Shown: positions 25,799-43,910 of the stretch, in pieces
How positions within the stretch are numbered: the stretch's first letter is position 1
How the letters are laid out: each line of letters begins with the position of its first letter
Position numbers and translations under genes: made by a program
Source of the DNA: Eledone cirrhosa
Lineage: Eukaryota
Direction: 5' to 3'
NCBI GenBank assembly: GCA_964016885.1
Contig: OZ024740.1
Coordinates: 169,508,001 to 169,572,000 of the forward strand
DNA length: 64,000 nucleotides
Notes under the pieces: generated by a model
Database searches by the model: none
What the model was told of the DNA's origin: nothing
What the model saw: only the letters and a program-made list of their open reading frames with translations

Positions 25799-28700
25799 GT
25801 GAATTTGGGACGCAGAAAACATTTCTCATCTAAATCCCGACGCATGGCAGCAGACGCACCTCGACAAAGAGAGATGAGGGCAAACCAATCAAACTATAAT
25901 CGCTCTACATCCTCCCAACGACTTTCTACAAATGTAGTTCAGTTAACACACCAACAACTTGCAACAAATACACGAAACTTTCAGAGACGAAGGAACAGGT
26001 CAATTGAAAGTCTGGCAAAGGATCCTACAGATGAACCTTTCCAAGAGTAAACTGTTCTTTCCATAATGCCACAACATAATGCAGGGAATCTCTTTGCCTC
26101 TGTTTGTCCGCACTGCAAAGCTTATCGCTGGCCATATGAACCTAAATCTCTGTGCTGCTTCCAGGGAAAAGTGAAGCTCCCTCCACTAAATATACTGAAA
26201 TATTTCGATATCACTCAAGCAGGAAATTATTTTCTCCATAAGATACGTGCATATAACAATGTGCTTATTCAATTGGTTGCAAAGAGATTAAAGCACCAGG
26301 ATTTAGTCCCACATTTAAGATCCAAGGTAAGATTTGTCATATTATTGGATCACTAATTCCAAGTGATGCTTCACCCAAGTTTGCGCAGCTTTACTTCTAT
26401 GATACTGATCACGAGCTTCAGAATCGCTTGCATCATGCTAATTTAGATGCTGCTATCCTGCAGGACCTGCAAGAAGAATTGAACTACTGCAACACCTATA
26501 TAAGAAGCACCAAGGCAGTCATTGAAATGCCAGTCCCTGAAAATGTGAATATTGTCCTACATGCTGACAAAGTAAAACCCACTGATTTTCATTGTTGCAC
26601 ATATAATATTCCCATGACATCTGAGATTGCTGTTATTCAGCCTGATACAGCATTAGGTCTTTAGGATGTCATCATTCATAAAAGAGATGGTGGTCTTCAG
26701 AGGATTCATCAGTTGCACCGTTATTATGATCCTCTGCATTATGTGCTACTGTCTCCTTGGAGGAATGATGGGTTTCAGGGTGGTTTGAAAAGGATTGACA
26801 ACAACCACATACTCACACCCACTGTTTTCTATTGTGATCGGTTTCAGTTTACGCAAGGTGACTGTAACATTATCATGAAGAGCAGGCGGCTGATGCAGCA
26901 ATATGCTGTAGATGCCCAGGCAAAAATTGAACATTGTCGCCTCAATTGGGCCTGCAACAATCAAACCATGATACGAGCTGAAAAGTATGAGGGTTTGTAT
27001 GATGCTGTGGCTGAAGGAGATTCAGTAAATGCAGGCCGGAGAATTATTCTTCCTCCTCCAGTCTATGGTTCACCTCGCTTCTACAGTGAGTGCTTTCAGA
27101 ATTCGATGACTGTGGTTCGACACATTGGAAAGCCATCTTATTTCATCACAGTAACAACTAACCCTAACTGGGATGAAATAAAAAATAGTTTGCACCCTGG
27201 TGAAAACCTAGAGACCGACCTGATATTTGTGCAAGAGTCTTCAAGATCAAGTATGACAGCCTCATGGATGACATACTGAAAACAAATGTCCTAGGAAAAG
27301 TTGTGGCTCATTCTGCTACAATAGAGTGGCAGAAACGAGGTCTCACTCATGCTCATATTCTGCTGATAATGGCTGAAGATAGCAAGCCCAAAACTGCTGA
27401 TGGCCATTGATCAGGTAGTGTACTCTGAGATTCGTGATAAAGAGACCAATCCAATTCTGCATAAGATCACATCCTGCAACATTCATGGCCCATGTGGACA
27501 AGCTAATATGATGTGATCATGTATGGATGGTCTAGGACAACAGCGCCCTTGCTCAAAAAGTTATCCCAAGGCATTCTGATAAACCGCATTTGTTGCCGAA
27601 AATTCCTTTCCGGAGTATAGAAGAAGGGATAGACAGCATGGTGGTCACACCCATACAATCCAACTTAAAGGTCAAGAATTTACTGTTGATAATCGTTGGA
27701 TTGTTCCATACAACCCTTTCCTCTCATTGAGATATCAGTGCCACATCAATTGTGAGGTTGTCCACAGTGTCAAGGCTGTTATGTACTTATATAAGTACAT
27801 CACAAAAGGATCAGACAAGATCACTTTCACCATTAAGGATGATCAAGGAAATTGTGTCGATGCCCAAAATGAGATTGAGACCTATATCAATGTACGGTAC
27901 ATCTCAGCCAGTGAAGCATTCTGGAGAATCTATAAATTTCCATTACATGATCGAAAACACCAGTTGAAAAGTTGCTTTGCCATTTACCTGAGAAACAAAT
28001 AGTCGTGTATGAGCGAGGGTAGGAAGAAAGTGTTGTTTCTAGGGGACAGCCAATGACTAAGCTGACGGAATATTTTCAACTGCATATTAGAGACCCACTG
28101 GCACAAAACATATTGTATATTGATATTCCTAAATATTTCACTTGGACAAACAGAAAGTGGCAAAGAAGAAAAAATGGACATCTGGAGGGTGATCAACAAT
28201 TTATGAGTGAATCTCTTGGACGCATTCCAACAGTATCTCTCAGTAGACATCAATCTGAATTATATTACCTCAGAATGATCCTACATCACAAGGCTGGGTC
28301 AACTTCATACAAAGATTTGAGGACAACTGAAGGAGTTGAATTTGCAACATTCCAAGAAGCATGCAGGTAACTTGGTCTGTTAGATGAAGAAGACAAAGCT
28401 ATGGAAGAGGCCTCATCCATTACGCTGGGTCCTCAGCTGCGAGAGATCTTCTGCACCATTTTATTGTACTGCATGCCAAATGACCCTCTGCAGTTCTGGG
28501 AGAAATGGAAGTTTGTCCATGCAAACCGTGCAGATTGTTCTACAGAAAATCCAACAAAGACTTCACCATGATGGCTTGGACATTCATGCCAACTATGGAC
28601 TTTCTCGGCCAGACCCAACTATTGTTGCCATACCAGAAATCAACAGGGTTCTTATGGCAGAAACTTAGTTCAATACACACCAACTGCAAGCAAACATAAA

Positions 28701-29211
28701 TGAACAATGCCAATATTGAATCCTGAGCAACTGGTTATTTTTCACAAAGTAATCACCTCTGTAAATGAAAATGAAGGCAGAATTTTCTGCTTGAATGCAA
28801 GTGCAGGTACAAAAAAGACCTATGTCATAAACATCCTATTGGTTACCTCCGATTTAAAAAAGAATTGCACTTGCCACTGCCATATCTGGAATAGCAGCCA
28901 CTTTGCTTCACAAAGGTAGAACGCTTCATTCCAAGTGCAAGATTCCTCTCAATGTGACTGCTGAATCAACTTGCTTCATTACAAAGAGGGATGAAACAGG
29001 TAAACTTATGCAGCAAGCTGACCTGCTAATCATTGATGAGATAGGTATGGGACAGAAGCATATCTTTGAATGCCTTGACAGGAGCTTCAAAGATGTTCGA
29101 GATTGCAAAAAGCCATTTGGTGGTCATATCAGTTTCTTTTTAACTGCTAGAAAAGGGACACTACAAAAACTTAAGAAGTCTATATGTGAATACAGTAAAA
29201 CAACAATATAG
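25799..29211 (+). mobile_element. Decayed Helitron Rep/helicase (HUH Rep plus Pif1), pseudogenised
   Basis: CPHCKA...CCFQGKV, YDPLHYVLL, ILP...GSPR, FITVTTNPNW, EWQKRGLTHAHIL, HINCEV...YLYKYITKG, LYYLRMIL, LNPEQ, GRTLHS, LIIDEIGM; many stops and frameshifts. Confidence 0.9.
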
Positions 29212-30153
29212 CAAAGGTCAAATCTTCATATTGGTAAATGTAATTCATTCATACCAGCAGCATGTATTTTCAAATTCACTGCTTCAAGCTTTCCATCGAC
29301 ATTCTCAAGTGAAGATTCGTGAACATTTTTCGTCAACAGTTTCATCGCTTTTCCATCTCTATTATCGCCTTTTTTTAATGTATCATGGATTACTTTACTG
29401 ATTACAGAAGTAAGTGTAACACAGTCTTTGTTCAGTTTATGTGCATATTGTCAATTTACGTATCATATCTATTTGCATATATATTTGCGTATATCAATAT
29501 GCACACTATATATGCTACTATATATATAATGTCGTAGTTTAGATTCCTGGGTTGCGTGTTGTGATTTTAGACTTAGATAGTTCTAAAATGAATGAAATTA
29601 TCGCGTCTGAAGAATTACAGACACACAATATACCGCCTATAATGAAAACTCTATGAAAATTTCTGAGCTATTAATATTGACTTATATGGGAGTATATCAA
29701 ACAATATACAGCAGATAATTCACAAAAGAAAAAGCTAGGATCATCAGCGGGAGAGTGCTTCACCAATATGAACTCACAAACCTTAGCAAATCTAATTTTT
29801 GCGAATTATTTCCTGTATATTGTTTGATATATTCCTATATATTTCATTCGCTCTTGAATTTGTATATATATATATATATACACAAAGAGGGTGTAATAAG
29901 ATACCAGGTGGACCATAACGCACCAGAGTTCTGAATACTTAGGGTAGTGGAGTGGGTAATAGGAAAAGAGTCAGGACTCCGACGGATGAGCTCCGGCCGT
30001 TTTGAGAGCTAGATCCGAACTGTCGATCTAGCTGTCGAAACGGCCGGAACTCAGCCGTCGGGGTCGTGACTCTTTTCCTACACACACAGACACACACATA
30101 TATATATATTTCTATATATATATATATATATATATTTATTTATGTATATTTAT

Positions 30154-30203
<50 letters not shown>

Positions 30204-30246
30204 TTATATATTTATAAATATATATATATATTTATATATATATATA

Positions 30247-34470
<4,224 letters not shown>

Positions 34471-34493
34471 CAAGTATAACTATATATATATAC

Positions 34494-34526
<33 letters not shown>

Positions 34527-34553
34527 CATATATATACATATATATATATATAT

Positions 34554-34602
<49 letters not shown>

Positions 34603-34607
34603 TATAC

Positions 34608-34640
<33 letters not shown>

Positions 34641-34642
34641 GC

Positions 34643-34677
<35 letters not shown>

Positions 34678-34876
34678 CATATGTATATATATGTGTGCGT
34701 GTGTGTATATAAAAAGGATCAATCGACATCCGTCGAATCGGACCGAGGTTAAAATGTTTCCGGTGGTCTTTCCAATTGCTAATACTTTCTATCGGTGTGT
34801 GTGTGTGTGTATGTGTATGTGTGTATGTATGTGTGTGTGTGTGTGTATGTGTGTGTGTGTGTCTATGTGTGTGTGT

Positions 34877-34960
<84 letters not shown>

Positions 34961-35009
34961 ATTGTTGATGATTATATTTCTACTTATAATGATTCTTGTA
35001 TATTTACAG

Positions 35010-35129
35010 GGACAGGAGTTACCACAACTTCAAGTACAACATCCTCCATTACTACAACTCCGAAACCTACAACTGCAGCAGCTACACATAGTACAGTAGG
35101 GACAGCCCAGAGTACGGCAACTGGCGAAG
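35010..35129 (+). CDS. Mucin-like repeat exon 4 (same peptide as exon 1)
   Basis: Acceptor TTCTTGTATATTTACAG, donor AAG|GTTGGT, 120 nt, phase 1-1. Confidence 0.8.
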
Positions 35130-35261
35130 GTTGGTATCACAAATACTAGAAACCTGGTATATGCTTATGTACACACAGACATACATAAACACACAACCAC
35201 GCACACTCATACACGCTTACACACATACACAGGTATACACACACACACATATATATATATA

Positions 35262-35592
35262 CACTGCACCTTCAGCATTCGCGGTCCCGTTAATCGCGGT
35301 ATTTTCCTTAGAACCTAACTAATAATTGTTCGTGGAAACCACCGCGATTTTTATGTCTTTTTTCGTGGCAATATATGTTTTTCACCCTAAATTATCAATA
35401 ACGATATACAGTATTTTCCGGCCTATTAGACGCTTCGTCGTATAAGACGCTCCCTCTTTTTATAAAATTATATCTTACGTTAAAATTTGACGTTTATAGG
35501 CACTTTTATGGACCACCTCCAATATTCGCAGTTTTTCACAGTTCGTGGGTGCTCTAGTAACGTGACCCCCGTGAATACCAGGGGACAACAGT
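35262..35592. mobile_element. Possible pogo/Tigger-type MITE relic
   Basis: Imperfect inverted ends (CACTGCACCTTCAGCATTCGCGG and CCGTGAATACCAGGGGACAACAG) with TA flanks. Confidence 0.35.
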
Positions 35593-35740
35593 ATATATAC
35601 ATATATATATATATATTAGGGTAAACATTGATGCAATTCAATTCAAGCACTCAACGTACTTTTTCCACATAGGAGTGACGGAGTAAATATCGAATAAGGA
35701 AAAGCGAAGTAGTTTCAGATGTCCAAGTGCTTTAATAATT

Positions 35741-35814
35741 GCTGTGATATATATTTCAATGGCGACATTGGCCACACTGTTCTGTGTGCGAGTGTCGTGA
35801 CATCATCAGACAGC
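35741..35814 (-). ncRNA. Type-I hammerhead ribozyme inside a fold-back element (arms 35692-35727 and 35907-35942)
   Basis: Minus strand: GCTGT-CTGATGA-[..CGACA...TGTCG..]-GAAA-TATATA-TC-ACAGC; perfect 5-bp stem I. Confidence 0.7.
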
Positions 35815-36087
35815 TTGTTACATAGTAAGGTTATGTTTCCGAGGCAATCCAAATGAATCGACATGGGAACGGATGAAATGCGTGCTTTTGGGTTTATCAC
35901 CCGTTCCTTGAACATCTGAAACTACTTCGCTTTTCCTTATTCTATATATATGTATATATATATATATATTACGATTGACCATACGGAATAGACCAGCTCT
36001 ATACAGTGGTGAACCTCAAACCTGAATAAATATATATATATATATGGCCTCAGCCGTATGGCTAGAACAGGTAAAAGAGTAAAACAG

Positions 36088-36139
<52 letters not shown>

Positions 36140-37355
36140 ATAGAAGTAGTAACACAACAGTTAGTTCACCATACCAAGAACAATTGTTTCACCTTAAGCG
36201 GATCTTCAGCTCGGAACAGCAAGAACAAACGTATGAACGCGCATGCGCAGAAACGGTCACCTCACCCAGGCGATACAAAACCACGGGGAAAAGATGTAAG
36301 GGAGATAACTGTGAGTGTCCGGAATAATATGTTCGAGTTGATTAGGAAATTAGAATTTTGTTGTTATTCAATCCCGATCTTTGTAGTTATGCAAGAGGTT
36401 TTTCCATATATGTGGACAACGTGAGAAGTTTTGATTTTTTGAATCTAGGCAATCGCTATTGCGTAACCTCCTTAGAATATTTATCCCTTCTTCAATACAC
36501 AGTCCACAAGACGGATTGCCCCTTGTGTATGGCTTGGACGTAGTGATAGCTTTCCATTGAATGGAGTAGTCTATACCTGAGTCTTTGAGGGACCATACGT
36601 GGCTCGTGAGTTTCGTAGATGATCGTTTGACCGGGTACCTAAAAGTCGACTGATGGTTCAGGAAGCATTCCTTAAATTCGCCCACATAGGATTTGACCTG
36701 TGGTTGATTTGATCGGTTGGAAGTGACCACAGCGTCATAAACTACAGCGGGTGTGTTGCATTGCTGTTGAAGGGGACACGCTTCAGGCTTTTGGCAAGAG
36801 CATCTTGGTGGGTGCAGCTCTTAGGGCTGTTGGTAATGTGGGCCTTCATATTCTTAGCGCAGGAGTACCCTAGTTTTACTCTGTGTCTGTTAAAGATGGA
36901 GCGGTATTTGTGAGCTATGGGAAAGTGTCTATCTAAGAGGGTTAAACAATATTTTCCTACATTAGTTTAACGTTGAATGAGAAGGGAGGAGACAACCAGA
37001 TAATTTGTCTATTGTTACGATTTACTTTCTTATTGCTGTTATTTTTAGTGGGGGGGGGGGGGGGGGGGGGGGTGAGTAATTGTTTGCGAGAAGCCGCTGT
37101 TAGATAACGCCGTGTTATAGTAGGGTGCTGCTCTGTCAAAGATAGCCTTATTAGAGGAGAGGTTAGAGATTCTAGTACTGATATTATTTTAAAAAACAGT
37201 AGGAGGGTGGCACCTATATATGTATATAATAGTAGAACACTGGAGGGTTATATCCGTAGCAGTAGATCACTCAGTTTGGACGAGTTTGGTAGAAGTAGTT
37301 CCACAACAGTTAGTTCACCATACCGAGAACAAATATTTTACCTTATGCGGATCAT
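36140..37355 (-). mobile_element. Penelope-like 3' fragment (GIY-YIG region) with short direct repeats (~36142-36204 and ~37291-37353)
   Basis: IIWLSPPFS, FNRHRVKLGYSC, CPLQQQC...VVY, SYVG, HVWSLKD, CGLCIEE, SRCPH. Confidence 0.8.
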
Positions 37356-37533
37356 ATATATATTGAAAACGCATGCACATTTTTTCTCTCTCTCTCTCAT
37401 ATCATCGTGAGTTTGACCTCTTCACTCATCAGTGCGTTTGGTGCTTAATAAAATTACTTTAACATGTGTGGGCGTAATAAACAGATAAATAAATAAATAC
37501 ACTGAATATAACAAAAGCGAAGTTAAAATGAAA

Positions 37534-37983
37534 GAAAATGAAGGACAAATATTAAACTGTAGGACGTGAATAATTACTGAAAACGAAGGACAAATATTAA
37601 ACTGTAGGACGTGAATAATTACTGAAAATGAAGGACAAATATTAAACTGTAGGACGTGAATAATTACTGAAAATGAAGGACAAATATTAAACTGTAGGAC
37701 GTGAATAATTACTGAAAATGAAGGACAAATATTAAACTGTAGGACGTGAATAATTACTGAAAATGAAGGACAAATATTAAACTGTAGGACGTGAATAATT
37801 ACTGAAAATGAAGGACAAATATTAAACTGTAGGACGTGAATAATTACTGAAAATGAAGGACAAATATTAAACTGTAGGACGTGAATAATTACTGAAAATG
37901 AAGGACAAATATTAAACTGTAGGACGTGAATAATTACTGAAAATGAAGGACAAATATTAAACTGTAGGACGTGAATAATTACT
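37534..37983. repeat. 45-bp minisatellite, 10 copies
   Basis: Unit GAAAATGAAGGACAAATATTAAACTGTAGGACGTGAATAATTACT; one substitution seen (unit 2). Confidence 0.95.
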
Positions 37984-38425
37984 GAGTTGTTCATGAGCTT
38001 TAGGATTTTTTTTCTTCTCACTACGGAGTAACAACTATAATTATCAAGTGCAGACTTCAGTCTAATTTAAACAATTGTTTAATAATCTTTGCCAATTCTT
38101 ATTCTAAGATTTTAGATATCAGCTATTAATACGGTGACTTGGGAAAGTTGTTTGAATGTTGGATAGAATGATTTCGGACACTGTGCTTTGATTTCAAATC
38201 CCGACAATGTCAACTTTGGCTTTCATTCTTTTGATACCGATAGAACCGTACCAATCCTGTACTAGGGTCGATTCTTCATCTATATCTCTTTCTCAGTTAT
38301 AGTAACTTGATGGGCTTCGCCAGGTTTAAAAATTATCCAAGAAACGCCGCATGTCACTGCGTCGTCCATAAGTTTCAACTCTCAGTTACGTGTAAAAAGA
38401 AGATTGCTAGATTAGAATTATCATT

Positions 38426-38648
38426 CGGTGGATTGGCAGTATCGGAAGAGGGTCTGACGCCATGCTTTGCAGCACAGAGTTACGTCCCTTTATGGTCTGA
38501 GTTCAAATCCGGCCGAGGTTAACTTTGCCTTTCATCCTTACGGGGTCGATAAAATAAAGTACCAGTAACGTACTGGGTTCGATTTATTCGACTTCTCCCT
38601 CCCCCAAAATTCCTGACCTTGTGCCTATAAAAGAAACCATTATTATTG
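38426..38648 (+). mobile_element. tRNA-derived SINE copy
   Basis: Same family as 2088-2270. Confidence 0.8.
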
Positions 38649-38694
38649 TTGTAGTAGTAATTGTAGTAGTAGTAGTTGTTGTTATAATAATAAT

Positions 38695-39293
38695 GATTTC
38701 TTTATCAGCCACACAGGGCTCACATTAAGGAAACAGTAAAGACGTTACAGGATGGTACCGTGCGGGATTTTCTTTGTGTAAAATAAAATTTATGAAAGAG
38801 ACTAAGAAAATAAACATTTAAAACAAACATAAACACTTCCTCAAAGTTGTGGAGACTTTAAGTGTCACTCGTGTAGAAATTTCACAAAAGAAACGGTTAC
38901 TTTGCCCTAACGGACAAAGTGACCTCTCCCAGTCTTTCTACTCCATTCTACAGGCGTATGCTCAAAGCAGGCCCATTCACACGGACCGTGCTTGCCACTC
39001 TCACCCATCTTTCAACAAACTGGTTGGAAGGCAACACTCCGTCTCTACCCTGATTGTCCACTTCAAGTGAAATCTAAAAAAGTTAATCAGGGCTCGCCAA
39101 AGATGAGGATGGTTCTCTTCAACCATTTTAAACGTCTCCACCAGACGATCTCTTTTGCCATGGCCACCAGGCAGATAAAAACTACTTGTCCTTCCCTTCT
39201 AAAGGAGGACGGTAGAATGATCTTCACAATGAACTCAGATAATAGTCCGCGCAAAGTCCGCACTCTGCTATCAGGTGAGAAGCAAATTCTTTA
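38695..39293 (-). mobile_element. 5'-truncated 3' end of a Tx1-like LINE
   Basis: Homologous to 53280-53600 (CLVAMAKEIVWW.RLK, INFF.FHLK..IRVER); 3' end abuts TAATAATAAT. Confidence 0.75.
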
Positions 39294-39983
39294 GCAGTAG
39301 GGTTTTGCATATATATATATACAAAAATAATTTCAGCGAGATCGTATTTCGGCGGTGGCCAAAAACAAAGCTGAACGCAAATTTTGAGATATGCGGCAAG
39401 CGCTCAATGGACTAAAAGAAGACCAGAGCAATTGACATACGTTACAGAAGCCAGAAAAAATGAAAACGGTGGTCGTGAAGCTATCAGCCACCTGAGCCCC
39501 AAAAAACGAAGCAAGCTAAACAGGTTAACAAAAGAATTTACCTGAACCTCTTGGAAATTGATGGTAGAATCCAGTGGGAGGTTTCTGTGACACCTAAATC
39601 AATTATACTGCCTGCTTTCGTTGTAAGCTTTTGGTATAACGATCGAACAAGGCTGACATTTCGTCAACAGGTATTTTGTTCTCAGCCGGCCAGCGGGTTC
39701 CAATGCAGTAGTAAACTACCACACGTGTTTACCTTGCGAGGGACGTAACCCCGGTTTTTGGCGGATGCATTCAGAATGTGTAAAATTATTGCAAGAATTG
39801 CAAAAAACTGCACATATCGAAGTAAGCTCTGATCGGGTTGTTTTTAAATAAACTTAAGCAATTAATTAGTCAACAGTATTGTTTAATAGAATTAACTAAT
39901 TAATTGCTAGGCCCGGAAGATTAATACATATATATATATATAAACAGAGATAATGGGAGAGGGAGAGAGGGATATATATATAC

Positions 39984-40112
39984 ATTTCTGAAGACGGCGG
40001 GTAGTGAAGACGTATGTATATTTTCTTACTATGATATTTTGTAATATATTTTACATAGATCAATAATAAAATGGATATACAGGGAACTACCCCCCAGAAA
40101 CGATCGTAAAAT
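39984..40112 (+). ncRNA. Type-I hammerhead ribozyme with long stem II insertion
   Basis: ATTT-CTGAAGA-CGGCGGGTAGT...ACTACCCCCCA-GAAA-CGATCG-TA-AAAT. Confidence 0.6.
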
Positions 40113-40306
40113 AATGAGTTTTACTATGAATTAACCGTTTTTTTGTTTAATTTCATTGTTTTAATATTTCTATTTTTGACTCTGTATCCAATGAATTATA
40201 TCGTTGAAAATTTTGTATTTTAAACTTTACTTCACGACATCTTCTACATACGAATTACATTGAGTTCTTTATACGGTTTATACCCTACCATTGATTGGTA
40301 GATATA

Positions 40307-40380
<74 letters not shown>

Positions 40381-40718
40381 TATATAAAATATAAAAAAAA
40401 AATAATGAATAAAACAATGAAACAGTTCCTTATATTAAACAAAAAAAGTTCATTATTTAACGATCGTTTCTAGGATATATATGTGTTAGAATTGGCATGC
40501 ATATTCATCCAAGAGTTTATTAGATTTATCTTGGTAGATTTATCTTGGTAGATTTATCTTGGTAGATTTATCTACATATATTAATATATATATATTTTAA
40601 TATATATATACATTTTAAGATAGAAATGCTTTTCTATATTAAAACATTTCTACTCTGCTAATTATTGAGTACCTTTCTTACTGTGGTTTTCCCCGATTGA
40701 ACCCGGAATAACTTATAT

Positions 40719-41257
<539 letters not shown>

Positions 41258-41388
41258 CTTGACTCTGTATTCCGTTTATCTTTCACCGAAAGTGATTTTT
41301 CATTACATCTCTTCTTTCCATGATATCCGGAATACATTGAGTTCTTCATACGGATTGGACACTACCGTAAACTCTTGGTAGATTTATC

Positions 41389-41512
<124 letters not shown>

Positions 41513-42252
41513 TATATATATATATAGAAAGATTTGAATGGATACAGTTTAGTTGAAAGGAATTTATTGACACGTGTTTCTATAACATTTACATAACCTG
41601 AAAACAGCTGCTATCTACAAAGTTTTAGTTATGCAGACATTCAATATTTCAATGTTATTATTTACTGTCATTTCATCAGAATAATATTACTGAGGACCTA
41701 TTTGGTTTTTATAGAGAATATTAGGAGGGAGGGGTGAAGTTGTTAGAAGAATAGTTGAGGGAGTGGTTTTTTGATAGCAGTGAGAATTTTTGGTGGCAGT
41801 GAGTAATTAAATTCCCATCTGTTGTTTTGACATTTTTATAGAATATATTATTGGTTATTTTTCTAAATCTATAGAAGGATTAGAGATAGTAAAGATATGC
41901 GTGGTTGGTTTTGTGTTTGCACTTAATTAACATTCAGACTTAAATTTTTCTTTCAAGTGTACGTATCCTTTCACCCACGCATTCACACACAAATATATTT
42001 GCACACCTCTACAAAATACATATACTCACATTCACATAGTAACATGTTCATACTTACATACATATACACATGCATACATATATATATACACACATGTATT
42101 CATGTACATACATACGCGTTCATGTGTATACATTTTCATACTCAACTTATCTTTATATACACACGTATAGACACACACATATATACATACATACTCTAGT
42201 CTATGTGTACATATATACATATACATACACATCTATATATATATATATATAT

Positions 42253-42302
<50 letters not shown>

Positions 42303-42375
42303 GTTATTCCGGGTTGAATCGGAGGTAACCACAGTAAGTAAGGTACTCAATACATAACAGAGTATAAAAGTTTTA

Positions 42376-42489
42376 ATATAGATGAGATTCTACAGGACTA
42401 GAACTGTTTCATTCTTTAGAAATCATCAGGAATCAGGGATTCCGGATGATTTCTAAAGAATGAAACAGTTATAGTCCTGTAGAATCTCA

Positions 42490-42496
<7 letters not shown>
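42376..42496. repeat. Palindrome of two head-to-head degenerate HHR motifs (apex 42435-42437)
   Basis: C(T/G)GATGA-TTTCTAAAGAAT-GAAA-CAGTT(C/A)-TA-GTCC on both strands. Confidence 0.8.
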
Positions 42497-42547
<51 letters not shown>

Positions 42548-42593
42548 CACTTTAATACATGAATACACTTACATCTAACTATACACATCAAAC

Positions 42594-43068
42594 ATATATA
42601 TATATTTACTTATTTATATACATTTTCACATATATATACATACATATGGACGTTTTTTTGACACATTCATTATCGCATATTTGCATCTATTCTCATCAGC
42701 ATATCTTTCCATTATTAGTGTGGTAATTTAAGGTTATTAATATATGTTGAGAAGAGATTGTTTTTATATTTTTCTAACTAGATTGAGGTTTATATAGTTG
42801 GGGGGATGTCCCTCTTTTATGTAATATTCGGCTTGTAGTGGGAAGCCGAATATTACATAAAAGAGGGACATCCCCTCAACTATATAAACCTCAATCTAGT
42901 TAGAAAAATATAAAAACAATCTCTTCTCAACATATATTAATAACCTTAAATTACCACACTAATAATGGAAAGATATGCTGATGAGAATAGGTGCAAATAT
43001 GCGATAATGAATGTGTCTAAAAAACGTCCATAAGTATGTATATATATGTGAAAATGTATATAAATAAG

Positions 43069-43083
<15 letters not shown>
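42594..43083. repeat. Palindrome (~240-bp arms, 8-nt spacer 42835-42842)
   Basis: ...TAATATTCGGCTT gtagtggg AAGCCGAATATTA...; each arm has a degenerate TATG-CTGATGA...AAAA-CG-TC-CATA motif. Confidence 0.85.
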
Positions 43084-43156
<73 letters not shown>

Positions 43157-43227
43157 GAAACACACAGATACATGCGGACACACACATATATATGTAGACG
43201 CGTTCTTGAGACTAGTAAAATGAGGTA

Positions 43228-43315
43228 TCCTCTTGATAAGTCGGCAGACCTCGCAAGGACTCTATATCTTTGATATATTGTTTTTGTTTATGCCACGAAA
43301 CTACGTAGTCGAGGA
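43228..43315 (+). ncRNA. Type-I hammerhead ribozyme, U3-A8 core variant (copy 1)
   Basis: TCCTC-TTGATAA-GTCGGCA...TGCCAC-GAAA-CTACGTAG-TC-GAGGA; GUC cleavage predicted after 43310. Confidence 0.7.
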
Positions 43316-43822
43316 ATTTAGGAACAGTTTAGGTATGATACATTTTATTACTAATTATATCTAAATGTTTCTTCTCTCTTCATAATGTATTTTTAACTCT
43401 GATACTGGTTCAGTCTAGTTCAAACTGAATTGGTCTGTCCCAGTCATTCATTGAGCAACATCGGTGAAGTTGGCACCCTTAACTCACAGTTGGGTGCGGA
43501 TGCATTCATGTATATATATATGTGTGTGTCCGCATGTATCTGTGTGTTTCCAAATATATTAATAACTCCCTCTGGTCGAGCAATCTTTGAAGTGTGGGGA
43601 CAACTGGAAAGCTTCCATTACTCATACTTCTCGCCTTCTTCACTACCTCTTCTACGGCCTCGATATGAATACCCCCTCCGCCTCCGTGGTATTCTCTTCG
43701 TGGTTATAGGAGGCTTAGCTCTGTTTCTCGACCGTTATATCGCGTGACTATCTCCCCCTCCGCCTTTTGGGATTCTTTCTCACGTCGTGTAGACGCGTTC
43801 TTGAGACTAGTAAAATGAGGTA

Positions 43823-43910
43823 TCCTCTTGATAAGTCGGCAGACCTCGCAAGGACTCTATATCTTTGATATATTGTTTTTGTTTATGCCACGAAACTACG
43901 TAGTCGAGGA
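43823..43910 (+). ncRNA. Type-I hammerhead ribozyme, U3-A8 core variant (copy 2)
   Basis: Same sequence as copy 1; cleavage predicted after 43905. Confidence 0.7.

Noticed and set aside
37534-37983. CRISPR-like array
   Set aside because: Units are contiguous with no unique spacers, there are no cas genes, and the context is eukaryotic
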